A stretch of DNA of 64,000 bases from Massalongia carnosa (Eukaryota). The DNA is taken from the NCBI GenBank assembly GCA_965645245.1, contig OZ287085.1:682001-746000 (forward strand), read 5' to 3'. Below are positions 12,321-25,037 of the stretch, piece after piece. Under the pieces are notes generated by a model. It did no database searches and was not told the DNA's origin. It was given only the letters and a program-made list of their open reading frames with translations. Made by a program: the position numbers and the translations under genes. Position 1 is the first letter of the stretch. Every line of letters starts with the position of its first letter.

Positions 12321-13349
12321 TGTAATACGGATGGCGCTAGAGGGATGCGTAATCGCCTACGGCGGTTGCAGGATTAACTAGTATGAGCCAAGCCGTAGTA
12401 CTTAGTCGCATAGCCGTCGAGGCTGAAACGACGCCACCTTGCCACTCAACTCCGAATAAGTAGTTTACTACGTTCGAGACTGCTTACAGATCAAACACCC
12501 GTCGAGGCCGCGGTGGTTGATTGCCATGGAGTGTAAGGCGAATCCCTATAGACACTAGCCGTGAACTCTATATGGAATCTACTGGCCTACCCGGAGCTAC
12601 TCGATCTCTTGATAGATCATGAGTCATAGCAGGAGGCACGGCTAGTGGATACAGCTTGAGCTCGGCCTCCCCGGTGTAAAATTTAGCTTCCACTTTTATT
12701 GCTACGCTAATAGTAATGTCGGCTGAATGAACCTACATAACCTTGTAGTCTAGACCATGTGTCTAGAGGCAGGTCCGCAGTGTAGAGAGAGATTCAGTCG
12801 GAGGTAACCTTCCATCGCTAAGTTGGTATTGGTGACGGCGAAATGAATCTACATAGCTCGGCCTCTAGACTTTATGTTTAGAGACGGGCTAGCAAAATAG
12901 CGAGGGATCTAGCCGGAGGTAGAACTGTTCTACATTGCAAGTGAAGGTCTAGAAGGCTGCTCGAGGCTGACTAGATAATCCAGCGAACTTCGAGTTCGTA
13001 GATGGATCCTGAGGGATAGTTGGATGTAAGGCGATAAGGTCAGAAGTGGGTTGCAAGGCTCCTAATGTTCCAAGGCTCCCAAGGCTATAGGCTTGGGGTG
13101 AGTAGGATAAATAACAGAACGAATCCTGTAATATTCCTTAACAATTAGTCTTCCTTCTATGAAATACCTACGTTTGGGTCTCGGACGAGATCTCTTGGTC
13201 TAAGTACTTCCACATCCATTAGTTCATTGGATCACGCATACTCTCGGAGACCAGCACTTGTAGCTATCTTCCACCTCTCACGCTGTGCATTTCCCCTTTC
13301 GGGATCAGTATCGCTCGTGATTAGCTTACTAGTCTCGTAGCCCATTACA
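12321..13349. mobile_element. Solo LTR, 1029 bp, inserted in the Gypsy protease region
   Basis: TGTAAT...ATTACA termini; TSD TTAGA/TTAGG; protease reading continues across the insertion. Confidence 0.9.
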
Positions 13350-14100
13350 TTAGGGTTGTTGATAGTAGGGGTATGGAGTCACGAACGGAAAACGAGTTCG
13401 TGGGGGCTAAAATATCCGGGGTGGATATGATACTTGGTCTACCCTGCTTAATCAGGTAGATTCGATTATCCGCTGGCAAGAACGTAAACTATTCTATATT
13501 CGTCGGACTGGAAACGGCGACGATGAGGCTTGTCTGCATGAGGCCCTTGACCTTAAGACTGGTAAGCCTGTAAATGAGAAGGAAACCCCTTCTCGAAGTT
13601 AAAATACCAGTAGTTTTCCAGACGTAGCGGTGGTGGAGAGTAGGGAGATTTGTGATATATATAAGACCGATGGAGTTCAGGCTTTCCTTCTAGATATAAA
13701 AGATCTTGATCGAACGGGAACTGTAGTTGGTTCGATCACTAAGGATTCGAATAAAATACCTTCCAAATCTTTTGATTTCAGTGACGTTTTGTCCGAGTCG
13801 AGAGCTCAAGAATTACCGAACCATGGACTACACAAGATCATGCGATTGATACGGAGAGACGACAACCCCTATTCGGTCCCATGTATAATTTGTCGTTGAC
13901 CGAATTACAAAGTTATGGGAATATCTTGACGAATATTTAGCCAAAGGATTTGTCGTTCCTAGTACCTTATCGACAGGCGCTCCCATCTTATTCGTCAAGA
14001 AGAAGGACGGTGGATTGTGATTTTGCGTCGATTATAGAGGGTTAAACGCCGTAACCGTCAAAAATCGTTATCCATTACCGCTTATTATAAACCTATTGAA

Positions 14101-14592
14101 TGTACTAGTAGGGGCGTATAATAGGGTAGGCCTAGTATGCGTTCGTAGAACGTAAGACTGGCCTATGTGACTATGTGGGATACGTACAGCCAAAACAACT
14201 ACCAAGACAATAAGATCCCGCCTAACCCAGTTAGGCATAGTGTGGGGACTTAACTTATTATGGAGGTGTTTTCGTAGTACACGAAGTATCCCCTCGCCTC
14301 GCCTCACCTCCCCTAGCTCGCCTGCCTAGTCTCATCTACCCGTGTCTTTCGGTGACCGAAGTATTTCGGAGATCGAAAATACCAGGTAGTATGGGCAAGG
14401 TAGGGAAAAAGAGCTTAGGTTATGGATTGTCCTATCCTGTATAGATCAATGATTAAGAACTTCAAAAGGGTAGCATTTAGTCTACCCTTTGACCCGACCC
14501 AACCTATTTTGTACCTCTATTGTGACCATCACGTTGTGTAGCCCCTGTGGATCCCATCTTCCAGTAGTGAATGCCTGCTGGGAGGAGGTCTC
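14101..14592. repeat. Non-coding LTR-like insert in the Gypsy RT
   Basis: Starts with TG directly after [12 protein letters not shown] resumes near 14593 (..FFTKLD). No CA end or TSD found. Confidence 0.5.
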
Positions 14593-14957
14593 CCCGTTTC
14601 AGGGCGATCTTCTTTACGAAACTCGATATCCGCGATACATATCACAAGATCCGGATAAAAGCCGGTGACGAATAGAAGACGGCTTTTCGATGCAGGGACG
14701 GTTAATTCGAGTACCGGGTTATGCCTTTCGTACTAGTCAATGCACCCGCGACATTTCAAGCCTATATAAACGAAGCTCTACGGGAATAGTTAGACGCCTT
14801 TGTGGTAGTATATTTAGACGAGACAGTGCCATCTCAGACCTGAGATGTTTCAAATGAAAAAATCTAATTTACTAATACTCTTTATTTACTTACTATTTGC
14901 CTTGCTATTTTTTCATGCGAATCTCAAAATATCTCTGATTTCTGCTCCGGTCCTGCT

Positions 14958-15110
14958 TACGCCGCACAACGGGTCGGGTATCTCTACTGAAAACCCAGCC
15001 CGTTCGTGGCGAACCTTATGATTTTTCGGTGTCCGGGTTGAGTTTTGAAAGAAAAACGTGGTGGCGAAAAAGCAATTTTGTAGCAAAAATCCAACCCGTT
15101 ACGCGGAGTA
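14958..15110. mobile_element. Short MITE with 8-bp TSD (hAT-like)
   Basis: TACGCCGCACAACGGG...CCCGTTACGCGGAGTA; TSD GTCCTGCT/GACCTGCT. Confidence 0.85.
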
Positions 15111-15164
15111 GACCTGCTCCGCTTCGCTCCGCAATGGCCCTGCGCTATCTCCTCCTTGACACCC

Positions 15165-15740
15165 GCCAAAGCATCTGTCAATGCATCTTCCAAATAGTCT
15201 TCCAGATAGCCTCCGCTGATATTTATAAGGCCCCACATCTAGCCCCTAAATAGCCTTTCAAATATTCTCCGCTGATTTTCAAATAGCCTCTCAAAAGCCT
15301 CCTAAGAAGCCTTTCAAATAGCCTCCCAAATAGCCTTTGAATTATCTCCCCAAGTATCTCTCAAAAGCCTCCCAAAATTCCCCCAAATAGCTACCAAATA
15401 GTCTCCCAAATAGTCTCCGCTGCTTTTCAGATAGCATCTCAAATAGCCTCCCAAATAGCCTCGCATAAAGCCTCCCAAATAGCCTCAGAGATAATCTTCA
15501 CCGCTTTCAAATATCCTCCCAAAAAGCCTTCCAGATATTCTGCGCTGCTTTTTAAATGGCTCTTCAAATAGCTCAGATAGCTATCAAATAATTACCCAAA
15601 TAGCCTCCCAAATAACTTTCCAATTAGCTTCCCAAATAGTCTTCCAAATAATCTCCGCTGCTTTTCAAATACCCTTTCAAATAGTCCCTCAAATAATTTC
15701 CCAAATAGCTATTAGATAGCCTCTTGAATAGCCTCAATAT
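15165..15740. repeat. Degenerate ~12-bp minisatellite (CAAATAGCCTCC consensus)
   Basis: Dozens of CAAATAGCCTCC-like units with periodic CTCCGCTGCTTTT variants. Confidence 0.85.
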
Positions 15741-15959
15741 CTATCCTCCCCGTTATCAATTTTCTTTTTCAGCCGCTTTTTGCATAGCTTCTTTAACTTT
15801 TTAGTCTTTATCTTGAATTCGTCTATTTTCTCGAAGCTGTCGATAACAAGGCACTCTAGAAGCGTAAAAATAATCGACTCCGTTATCTCCCTTCTAAACG
15901 GATTTTTCTATTATATGTCGTTTGACGTAATTATAAGCTCGTCCGTCTCGAGTCTTGTC

Positions 15960-16110
15960 TACGCCGCGTAACGGGTCGGATTTTCTACTGAAAACCAAAG
16001 CCGTTAGTGGCGAACCCTATGATTTTTGGTGTGCGGGTTAAGTATTGAAAGAAAAACCCGGTGGCGAAAAAGCAATTTTATGGCGAAAACCCAACCCGTT
16101 GCGCGGCGTA
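15960..16110. mobile_element. Short MITE with 8-bp TSD (hAT-like)
   Basis: TACGCCGCGTAACGGG...CCCGTTGCGCGGCGTA; TSD GTCTTGTC/GTCTTATC. Confidence 0.85.
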
Positions 16111-16503
16111 GTCTTATCTATATCATCGTCAATTTTTATTTTATCATCAAATATCTTCCGTTAACATTCCTATATCGAGTTCAAGTTGATGTTCAGCAAG
16201 GGTTTCTCGTGCAAGCGATAAATATTTTATTTTTGCATTCGATAACTTGTCCACCCGAAATAATCGATAGAAGAAAAAATGAAAGCGTCTGAAGAAACAA
16301 AACGGGATCGAGAATGAATAACAGGAGTTTGTTTTTGCACTTAATGAAATAATTTATCAAAACGTCAAAATTAAAATGAGAATTCCTACTCGAAAAACGC
16401 CGTACGGCGATTTGTTTTTATTGTCGTGGTATCGTTCGATTTTAATTTACGGAGCTTGCTGAGGCCTGAGTAAGAGCAAAAATATATTGAGACATAAAGA
16501 TAA

Positions 16504-16746
16504 TGTGGGTCCACCTACCTGCACCTGGCGTAATACGATGACTACGTCTTGGTGTTTGGTTTAGTGAATGATAAATGGATTCTATCTGGGAAGGGCTACT
16601 ATCTATAGTGGGCGAACACGTGATAAGCACGTGCCCGCTTGTATTAGCCCTTCCGATTCATTCCATTCTAGCCTTATCTGGCTAGCCCCCTTCCTTCTAG
16701 AATCCCCCTAGAATCCTCTTCTGGAATCCCCCTTTTGGTACCTACA
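16504..16746 (-). repeat. Copia 3' LTR, 243 bp
   Basis: Direct repeat of 24039-24585 once the inserted solo LTR is removed. Confidence 0.95.
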
Positions 16747-18924
16747 CTGGGCACTCTTTAAAAGATGGAAAAAATGATCGCTTTTTGACCGGAATTTACC
16801 CTTTGCATCGATTCCTACCCCTGATTCCCAGCTCCTTTTTAAACTCCCGTTCTACCCATTCGGAAGTGTCCAGGCTGATCTGATTGATGTCGATGACTGC
16901 TTTTAGTGCCGAAGATAGTTTGGATTTGTTCATTGAATCTGCCGGGTTATTCTGACCATGAATCTACTTTACTTCTGTCACTTCTCGCCTTTCATATGAC
17001 TGTCGGAGGCTCATTCCATCGATCATCAAACGTTTCTCATTGGTCGTTCCCAATCGGACCAAACAATCATATAAGGATTTGGAATCCGTACACAGTATCA
17101 ACGGAATCTCATGTTTAGATCTAGACGACCCGAGCATCTTTATTAGAGTAGCCTTGACCACCGCGCCGGTGCCAAAGCCATGTGACTTGCCGTACAGTTC
17201 CACAGCTAATACGCTTCTGGTGACTCGTTTGCACTTGAATGACGACCAGTAAATGATGTTGGCTTTGCCTGTTGAGTCTGCAATGCAGATGACAAATCCA
17301 ATTTGCGACGACAAATCCCGGTTATTTGCATATGAGGCGTCGGTAAAGACGACTAGTTGAAGAGAATTCTGATCTAGTTGGACATAATTTAAACCCCTTG
17401 TCTTATTTTTCAATTGCCAATCCAGGCGCTTATTAAGTAGGGCAAAATCATCTGATGAAAATTCGATGGACTGCGCCGCATGGGACAGATTAAAAGCTGC
17501 TTCTGGTTGGCAGATTGAGGCGATGTATGCACCTCGTGCCCTTTGGGCCACTTATTGGTCTTGTGGTGATAGCCTGGGCCGGACTTTTCCCTTGGAGCTA
17601 GTTGATACGGCATTGTGATTTGCTATTAATGAAATGCCTTCAGCATTGGTCGTGATTTTAATTTCCCCGTTTGGGCCTAGGTCGATCTTGGTTCCGTTGA
17701 ATATGATTGGGTTGCAAGGGGTGAGGCAGTCCCGTTGCTTGGTCAGGATGTTTGCTTCCTTGATAGCTTTTTCCTCTTTGGTAGCGAAGATGTCATTGGC
17801 TAGAATTAATGTATCGTCGGTTTGCATTCCGACGATTCCGAATTCCGATAAATTGGTCTTATACAGTAGGCACGGATCGTATGTCGACTCCGTCATCCCG
17901 AGTCTATTCAGATAATGCCCGTGGTAGGTAGCGAACCAATGATTACCTGCCTACGGGACCGTATAGTGGTTTTACGACCTGAAGTATACAATCGGATGGG
18001 GCACCTAGTAGCGTAGCTAATTCATGAGGCGGGCGAATGTAGAAGTCTCGATTCAAATCTGACGTTGATTGAACGTACGCTTGAGTAACGTCTCGAAGGT
18101 AGAGCATAGTGTTCGAAATAGTGGTAGCGAGGTCGATAAGTAGTCGCTGACTCACCCTTTAGATTGTCGGTGATTGAGTCAGTTCCAGGCTTTTATTGAT
18201 ATCGTTGTAGGCCTGTACTACTAGTCTCGATTTTTCGAATGCTTTTTCAGTCCCGGCATTCTTTATCTTATCTACAAATCGGGAATTGAAGACTCGGGCA
18301 CCGGCCGGGATGTCTTCGAATTGAAAGAGTTTGAATACTCCTTTTTCCAGTAGTCCGGATATTTCTTTTTGCCTTGATGCGGTAAATTGGTTTCCCTTTT
18401 TCATGGGAAATTGATTATCGTCTTCGTTTATGACGAAATAAAGGTTACCCTGGGCTGGATGCTTTCTGGACCTCCCGCGGCCACGTTTGACTGGTGCCGA
18501 GACTGGTTCCGAGATTGGATCGGACTCAGGATTCTGTGGTTCATGATTTGTCGGGTCCGATTCTGCGTTATTTGGAATTTCATTCTCGGCAGCATTGGGA
18601 AATTCATTCTCGGGATTTAGATGGTAGTATGGTTTGACTGACGAGCTTCTAAATTTGGTCAGACCACTTGGCAATTCGACGATGATCGACTCATCCTGCA
18701 TGGAGATGAGTCGGAACTGTCCCTTCCATAACCCCGTCTGTCCCGCATTACCCTCTCGGAATACTAGGACAGGGGAGTTTAGTAACAGTCCATGTATGGA
18801 ATTCGTAGATGGTCCATTTCTATTATTAAGCGCATCGTTAATCTGACGGGATGCTATGCTTTTTCTGACCTCATCCATAGCCTTCCGCATGGCTACAGCG
18901 CGTTAAGTAATTGTCGGAGTGGTA

Positions 18925-20793
18925 CGGAGGCGAATCTCAAAAGTAATGATAATACGCTAAAGACTAGCGCCGTAATTTAGATTTTCCATACCGAGCCTGA
19001 AATTCTACCAACTATCTACAAATGCCATTACCAACTATCTAATCAACGTCTTTTTGGTCTGAAACTGGCTGCAGTACGAACAACCTTTTGAATGCGTGGG
19101 GGAAGGTGATTTTTCGGGGATACAACGGCTCTTTTTCTCAATAAGGGGGGTGTCAATGACTTCTGTGTAGGGGGCTCAGGGGTAACTGTCCTGACATTTA
19201 ACGGGCTGGGTGTATCATCACATGATTGTCTAGATGATGGTCTCGTTGACGCCACAGAAGAAGAAGAAGAAGAAGAAGAAGCTGGTTTTGCTGTATTACT
19301 GAGCAATTCTTCCCTCAGCTGTTGAAGTCGCATTTTTACTTCTTTGGTCCGTCCATCAACGTCCAAACGTCCTTCGCAATAATCATTTCCACCTTCCAAT
19401 TCAATGACTTTTGCAATGTGACGTGGAATTCTTTCAATCCATGCCTGAATATTCTCCTGAGGTAGATCGTCCCAAGTGCGAAGCGATATAGATTCAGCAA
19501 TTAACCGAGAACTAGGAGGACCTTTAGCAGTTGTACGTCACTTTATCTAGGGCCAGCAGGGTTCAATCATGTTGAGATCAGGAGAATTTCCGGGCCATAA
19601 AAGACGCTCGCTGCCATGACGAGAGAAGATGGGAATCTGATGCTTGGAAGCATGAGACGGAGCCTTATCTTCATGTACGATCATTTCAGACAATCCGGCT
19701 TCTCTTCTTTTTGCATTACATTGCTGAGCAAAAGGAATCAGTTTTTGCAGAAGTATGACGTTTTGATACCGCCACCAATCAATGCCTCCTTTACCTTCTT
19801 TTCTGATTATCTTTCCATGTTCCTTATCCCATTTCCATTGAGGCTTTTTTCCTGGTAAATTGCGAGTTGAAAGACGTCTCATTCCATTGGTCAGCTCCCA
19901 ATTTAATCTCTCACTGGCTTCCAATGCAGCATTCATCTCGTCAAGCTTGGTTTTGGCTTCCGCTTTTTCCGCTTTTGTCTCCGGTTTCCAGCAATGACAT
20001 GGCCTTTCAATCGTAGGAAAAGCATCCCCAAAACATGAATTCATGAGCCCCATGCCACCTAGCACGTACGGTAGATTTGACTGATTTTCTTCCTTCCATG
20101 GTTGTACGCCAAATTTTGACAGCTCCTCCGCGACGGTGACCAAGCACTATTGCTGTTTCATCTGACCAAATAACCCGCTTCCAATCTTCCACTCTCCAGT
20201 CTTTATACAGGAGACAAAAAGCCAGTCTAGCCGCTTTCATTTCAGGAGTAAGCCCTGGTCTATACGACGGTTTGACTTTTTTATAGCCTCTTTGTTTCAG
20301 GATTCTCCACACGGTGCATCTGGACGTTCCAACTTCTCTTGCCATCTGGGCACTGGTTTTTTCACGTATGTATCTGTCTTTTATGACTAGATCAATGACT
20401 TCATCTTCTTTCTCAGTAGTAGCCTTTCTCGGTCGACCAGATTTTTCTTCATGACGGGCGTATTTATCAAGCACCTGCAAAGAAATGGCGGGATCAAATC
20501 CTCGATCCCTGGCAATGCGACGAATACGATAAATGTTGGGGATAGAATAACCTGTAGTAGCTGCAATAAATTCAATTGAGACCGGGGTGCAATAAGACAA
20601 CGTCAAGACCTGAGCCCGCAAAGAAATATCAGCTCATTTATTGACCATGATGATGATTTGATCAAATGTTGGTTCGTAAATGATTTGGGATGAGAAAAGG
20701 GGAAAGAAAAGGGGAAAATTTGCTCGGTACGGAAAATTTAAATTACGGCACTAGCTTTTAGCGTATTATTATTCCTTTTGAGATTCGCCTCTG
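18925..20793 (-). mobile_element. Tc1-like DD34E transposon, 1869 bp, inserted in the Copia integrase region
   Basis: ~72-bp TIRs (C[G/A]GAGGCGAATCTCAAAAG...ACCGAGC); TA TSD at 18923-18924 and 20794-20795. Confidence 0.95.
19043..20649 (-). pseudogene. Tc1 transposase with stops and a frameshift
   Basis: SGRPRK HTH, VIWSDE, HEDKAPSH, WPGNSPDLNMIE (34 residues between D and E), EGGNDY; ORF pieces 20007-20621, 19547-20143 and 19043-19399. Confidence 0.9.
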
Positions 20794-23700
20794 TATCTGA
20801 CTCTACCATTCTTGGGTACGCTCCGAATACCAATAGAGTGGGCACTAGTCCATTCGGACCGACCGAGTTATTGATTGCCTTGAATGCCATCTGCAGGGCC
20901 AGCGCAGGGTCAATCCCAGGAATTTCAGAAGTGATTATATTATATACCCGATATAGTGGTCATGGTACCGTTCAACCATTCCAATAGAATGATGAGCTAC
21001 CACTGGAACATTCTTTATGACAATTCCCATATTTGCCACGTATTGCTTAAATTCCCGAGATGTAAACTGCTTCCCTGCATCGGAGGAAATGATATCTGGT
21101 GGGCCGTGATAGGTATCGATCCAGCAGGTCCGCAGCTGGTCCCAAACATGCCGGGCAGAGATATCTTTTAACCATCGTCCCGCCTGGAACCGAGTAGCTT
21201 CATCGACCAGATGTAGAACCGTTTTGCCTTGTATGTAAAGAATGTCCACTATGACGTTGAAATTGAAGTTGATATCGTCTTCTTTAATGTTGAAGTTGAA
21301 TCGGCCAGGCGATTTTCCATACTTTTGGCAATGCTCGCAATATTTGGTCAAATGCTGCAATGCCTGCATTTCTGCCTCATGTCCGGATAGTTCTAGAATC
21401 TGATGTAGGCGGCGTACTGATGGATGTCCGAAGCGGTGGTGCAGGCGACGTAATTCTATTTCGGTCAGAAAGCAAGGATTCTCGCTGAGAGACTCGGTGA
21501 TGACCGAGTAAGCAGATGTACGCCATAGAAGAAATGCGTGACCGTACCGCCGAATGACTGGATGAGAACGACCGGTGCCGGGCCCGATTTGGACAACTTG
21601 GTTAATAGTATTGTTGAAAAATGCTCCCAACCGGTCCATGTCTGCCAGACATAGTAGGAACGGTGTATTAACTTTCACTATGTAGAATATAATTGGTCCC
21701 ATGGGTGTCTCCAATAGTACCGTCCCTATGGATGCGGTGCTTCCAATTCCAAATATAAAACTGGCTGCCCCGGCAGTGCTGACGTAAAATTTATCGAGTC
21801 GTCAATTTTCTGTAGAGCTTTTAACTGGCCGATGCCACCCGTGGATCTGGTGGCGGCCCCCGAGTCTATCAATAGTCCCTTGAATTCTGATTCATCGTAT
21901 CGGGAATTAGATGACGTGCTGAACGTGTAGGGAATCGGAGCGATAGAAGTGATCGTTTTATCTGTCGATGTAATTCGGTATTTAAAAGAATTGTCGGCTA
22001 GTAAGTTGGTCGTCTGTTCGGACTCGGGAATTTTGATTCGACCAATGGAGGTGAGGAATAGCTCATTCTCCGCTGCCTCGGACGCAGGCATGGGGTCATA
22101 GATAGCATCAATTGATATATTGTCGAAAAAGTAGGCTACATTATTTTCATCTTTATCGCTCTTACAGTGAGCGATGTATTGCTGAAGATACTAATCGTAT
22201 CCCGAACGATTCTTGTATTGAGGAAAGCGATTAGCGAATCGCTTTTTGGAATCATCCCGTTCTTGCTGAGTATGATTACTAGACAAACATCCTTCTTTTC
22301 CGCATACGAAGCATTTCTTCCGACGCGAGAACCCTCGGGATGACGGGACTCCGAACTGTCGGGATGATATAGGTCCGCCTGAGAGGTAGGTTTAGAACCC
22401 ATCTCTGCCTCGACCGGGTCTTCGGTACCGTCGGTCGGTGAAGTATGCCTCCGCCTCGTCATCCCCCTCGTTGTAAGATTGCACGTATCCACTCGTTGAA
22501 GTAGATTTGTGCACCGCCTCGTAATTGATAATTGATGCGTATAGATTATTGACCAGACCGGAGGTGTCTGAGACAGGATTGGTGAGGCCGGTGGCGAGCG
22601 AGGGATGCCCGCGGCAGGCCCGTATGATGTTTTCTCGGAGGTGCACTGGTCTATTGTATGCGGGATCGATGCCTCGTTGAATAGTGTCGATCTCGGTACA
22701 CATCTTCCGGAGGCATTCGGTAATATTCAAGGTGGGGTTTGCCGCAATTGTATCGTTTAGGCTGACTGTTTGCCATTTAGCCAAATTCAAACGTTGCCAT
22801 TCGGGACCTTCAAAAAAGAGTTGAATCTTCCGACAGAATTCTTCAAATGAGGCAGCATCCCCCCGATTTGCATAGTAGTGATTTTGAGCCTGTCTAGAAA
22901 GCATGATCGAGGCTCCCTGAATGTAGGCCTCTGGCGGCAATCCGACCAGTCTGCATTTGTCATAGTAGATGGTTAGTTTAAAAGAGAAATTGTCTCCGGT
23001 ACCGCTAAATTTGTGTTCGGACTTGTAGATTTTGGCTAACTGAGTCAATCTTTGGAATACTGAGTTCCTGAGGTCGGATTGGAATAGTGAGACTGATGGC
23101 CAGGAGTCGGATTGGGATATTGACTTGCTCCAGGTGTTGGTCCTGGGGCCCATGTAGGTGCCGGTGGCTCGTAATAGGCAGTCTCGTAAGGTTTCGGCAT
23201 TTGCCGCTGCGGGGCGTATGAAGGCTCGGGATGCCGAGAGACGTTGTAGGGTGTCGGTCGATCTTGATAGATCGGATTTCCAGTTGCAGGTGGTAAACGA
23301 GGCTGTCTGATTGGTCGAGCCATAGGTTGGTTTAGCCGTATCGGGGCAGCAGGGGAAAAATGAAGCTGCCCTATTGGTTGACCCAGGGGTTGATTTTCGG
23401 TAGGTGGGAGTGGCGGTGCCCCTGCATGTGCTATCGATAGACTTGGAGGTGCAGATGCAGAGGCATCACTAGTTCTACCTAGCAGATGGTTTTTACGACT
23501 CTGGATATACCTTGACAAACGATAATAGTTCTTCTCCACGTACAAAATTCTCTCTATGTCCCATTTCTATCGTAGTCATCTTGGACAACTTTTATCATGA
23601 TTTTGGCTCTACTTCCCTTCTTGCCAAAGTTATCGATCCAAATTCCGCGGGGTAGGCAACAATCCTTGATGAGAGCCCAGGTAACGGTGTCTAGTAACTT

Positions 23701-24029
23701 CTAATGTTTTTCCTCCCAATTCTTGAAGTCGTAGTATATGGCTTCCAAAGACGAAAATCTTCCATGTTGGCTTTGATATACTCGTTAAATGCGCTGGTAG
23801 TGTATTTACGAAAGAGTATCATGTCGGCGATGGCCGCGGTGGGATCGAGATTCATGGTGCTGATTCCTTCAAGAAAACTGGATTCCTCGTGAGATGGGTC
23901 TCGTTGGTTCGACATTTTTGGATGATTTCTGATTTGCCGACTAGATGAAAAAGTTTCTGATCTGAGGGCTAGATGAGAGAAGGTTTCTAGAAGTTGATTC
24001 CGAAGGTGGTTTCTGATCTGAATTCGAAA

Positions 24030-24038
24030 ACTGATCAG
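24030..24038 (-). promoter_or_regulatory. CTGATCAGT conserved hairpin site in place of a tRNA primer-binding site
   Basis: Minus strand reads CTGATCAGT immediately after the 5' LTR end; this matches the motif described for fungal GalEa Copia. Confidence 0.75.
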
Positions 24039-24585
24039 TGTGGGTCCACCTACCTGCACCTGGCGTAATACGATGACTACGTCTTGGTGTCAGAACAGCT
24101 TTCTATAAGATAGGAAGCGGTCGCACACTTCTGCAGGGGGTGCGCGGAAAGATACCAATGCGATAGTCTCAACCGGTCTAATTATATAATAGCAATTAGT
24201 TTTACGAACGTGGCCTGATCAAGGTGGGGCTACAGGATAACCAGCCTTTCGCCCACCTCTTTCGGAGGGCCACTGATCAATCTATTGATTACACTCCACC
24301 TACTGCTGTTCCATAGCGACTCCTATTCTATTATCCTACCACTACTGTAGAGCCTTATAGTCATACTGTTCGTACTTCGCCTCACACATGTTGCTTGGTT
24401 TGGTGGATGATGAATAGATTCTATCTGGGAAGGGCTACTATCTATAGTGGGCGAACACGTGATAAGCACGTGCCCGCTTGTTCTAGCCCTTCCGATCCGT
24501 TCCATTCTAGCCTTATCTGGCTAGTCCCCTTCCTTCTAGAATCCCCCTAGAATCCCCTTCTGGAATCCCCCTTTTGGTACCTACA
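24039..24585 (-). repeat. Copia 5' LTR, interrupted by a foreign solo LTR
   Basis: Matches 16504-16746 on both sides of 24088-24391. Confidence 0.9.
24088..24386 (+). mobile_element. Solo LTR (~300 bp) inside the Copia 5' LTR
   Basis: TGTCAG...CTCACA; same family as 9081-9380; TSD degraded (CTTGG/CATGT). Confidence 0.85.
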
Positions 24586-25037
24586 TATAATGATAATAAT
24601 AAATTCTTAAATCGATATATCACCGGCCGAAGGCCGGCCCCTGCGGGCGTGGTTCTATATGACTATTGTACATAGGAAAAACTTTTAATAAATAAAAACC
24701 TAGTAACAGGTATTATCGGCTGCGGGATCCCCATGACCTTTCAGTTTACGTAATAACGTGTATCTGTGAGGTCCTTAAAAGAAAAAGGCAAAGAACGAAA
24801 GAAAAGGGGAAGAAGTCAAACATTTCAAATGCTATGTCGATAGGAACTATACGGATAATATGGTCGCTGCAAATAAAGACTGTTAGTATATCTGCCCGCA
24901 TTAACCATACTGTCAGCTTTTTCAATTTTGCGGAATTTTCAATTATCGTGCGATAATTATTAGTTTTCACTGGATTAAATAATTTCCTTCTTTGGTCTAT
25001 AAGCTTACAGTGCATGATGACGTGTTTGGACGTGTAC
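24586..25037 (-). mobile_element. 5'-truncated LINE-A 3' end; the Copia is inserted in its tail
   Basis: Reverse complement of ~3105-3550; TSD TTGAGACATAAA (16487-16498) and TTGAGACATGAA (25038-25049) bracket both this fragment and the Copia. Confidence 0.9.

Larger units (their letters stand above)
10961..14823 (+). mobile_element. Degraded Gypsy/chromovirus 5' part: LTR remnant, gag, protease, RT up to the YLD motif
   Basis: Protease RAMVDCDATWTF (~12160); [62 protein letters not shown]; interrupted by a solo LTR and an insert at ~14101-14592. Confidence 0.85.
16504..24585 (-). mobile_element. Full-length but disrupted Copia LTR retrotransposon, fungal GalEa type
   Basis: LTRs 16504-16746 and 24039-24585 (TG..CA); TSD GATAA/TATAA; domain order gag, PR (LLIDSGA), GAG-pre-integrase (LHHRFGH), INT (VDEATR, SDAGKQF, GMVERYH), RT (KSRLVVQAY, RDVTQAY, QTDD), RNase H (FTDAS, TDSKSL). 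Confidence 0.95.

Noticed and set aside
15165..15740. CRISPR-like array
   Set aside because: Degenerate tandem 12-mers with no unique spacers; eukaryotic context with no cas genes.
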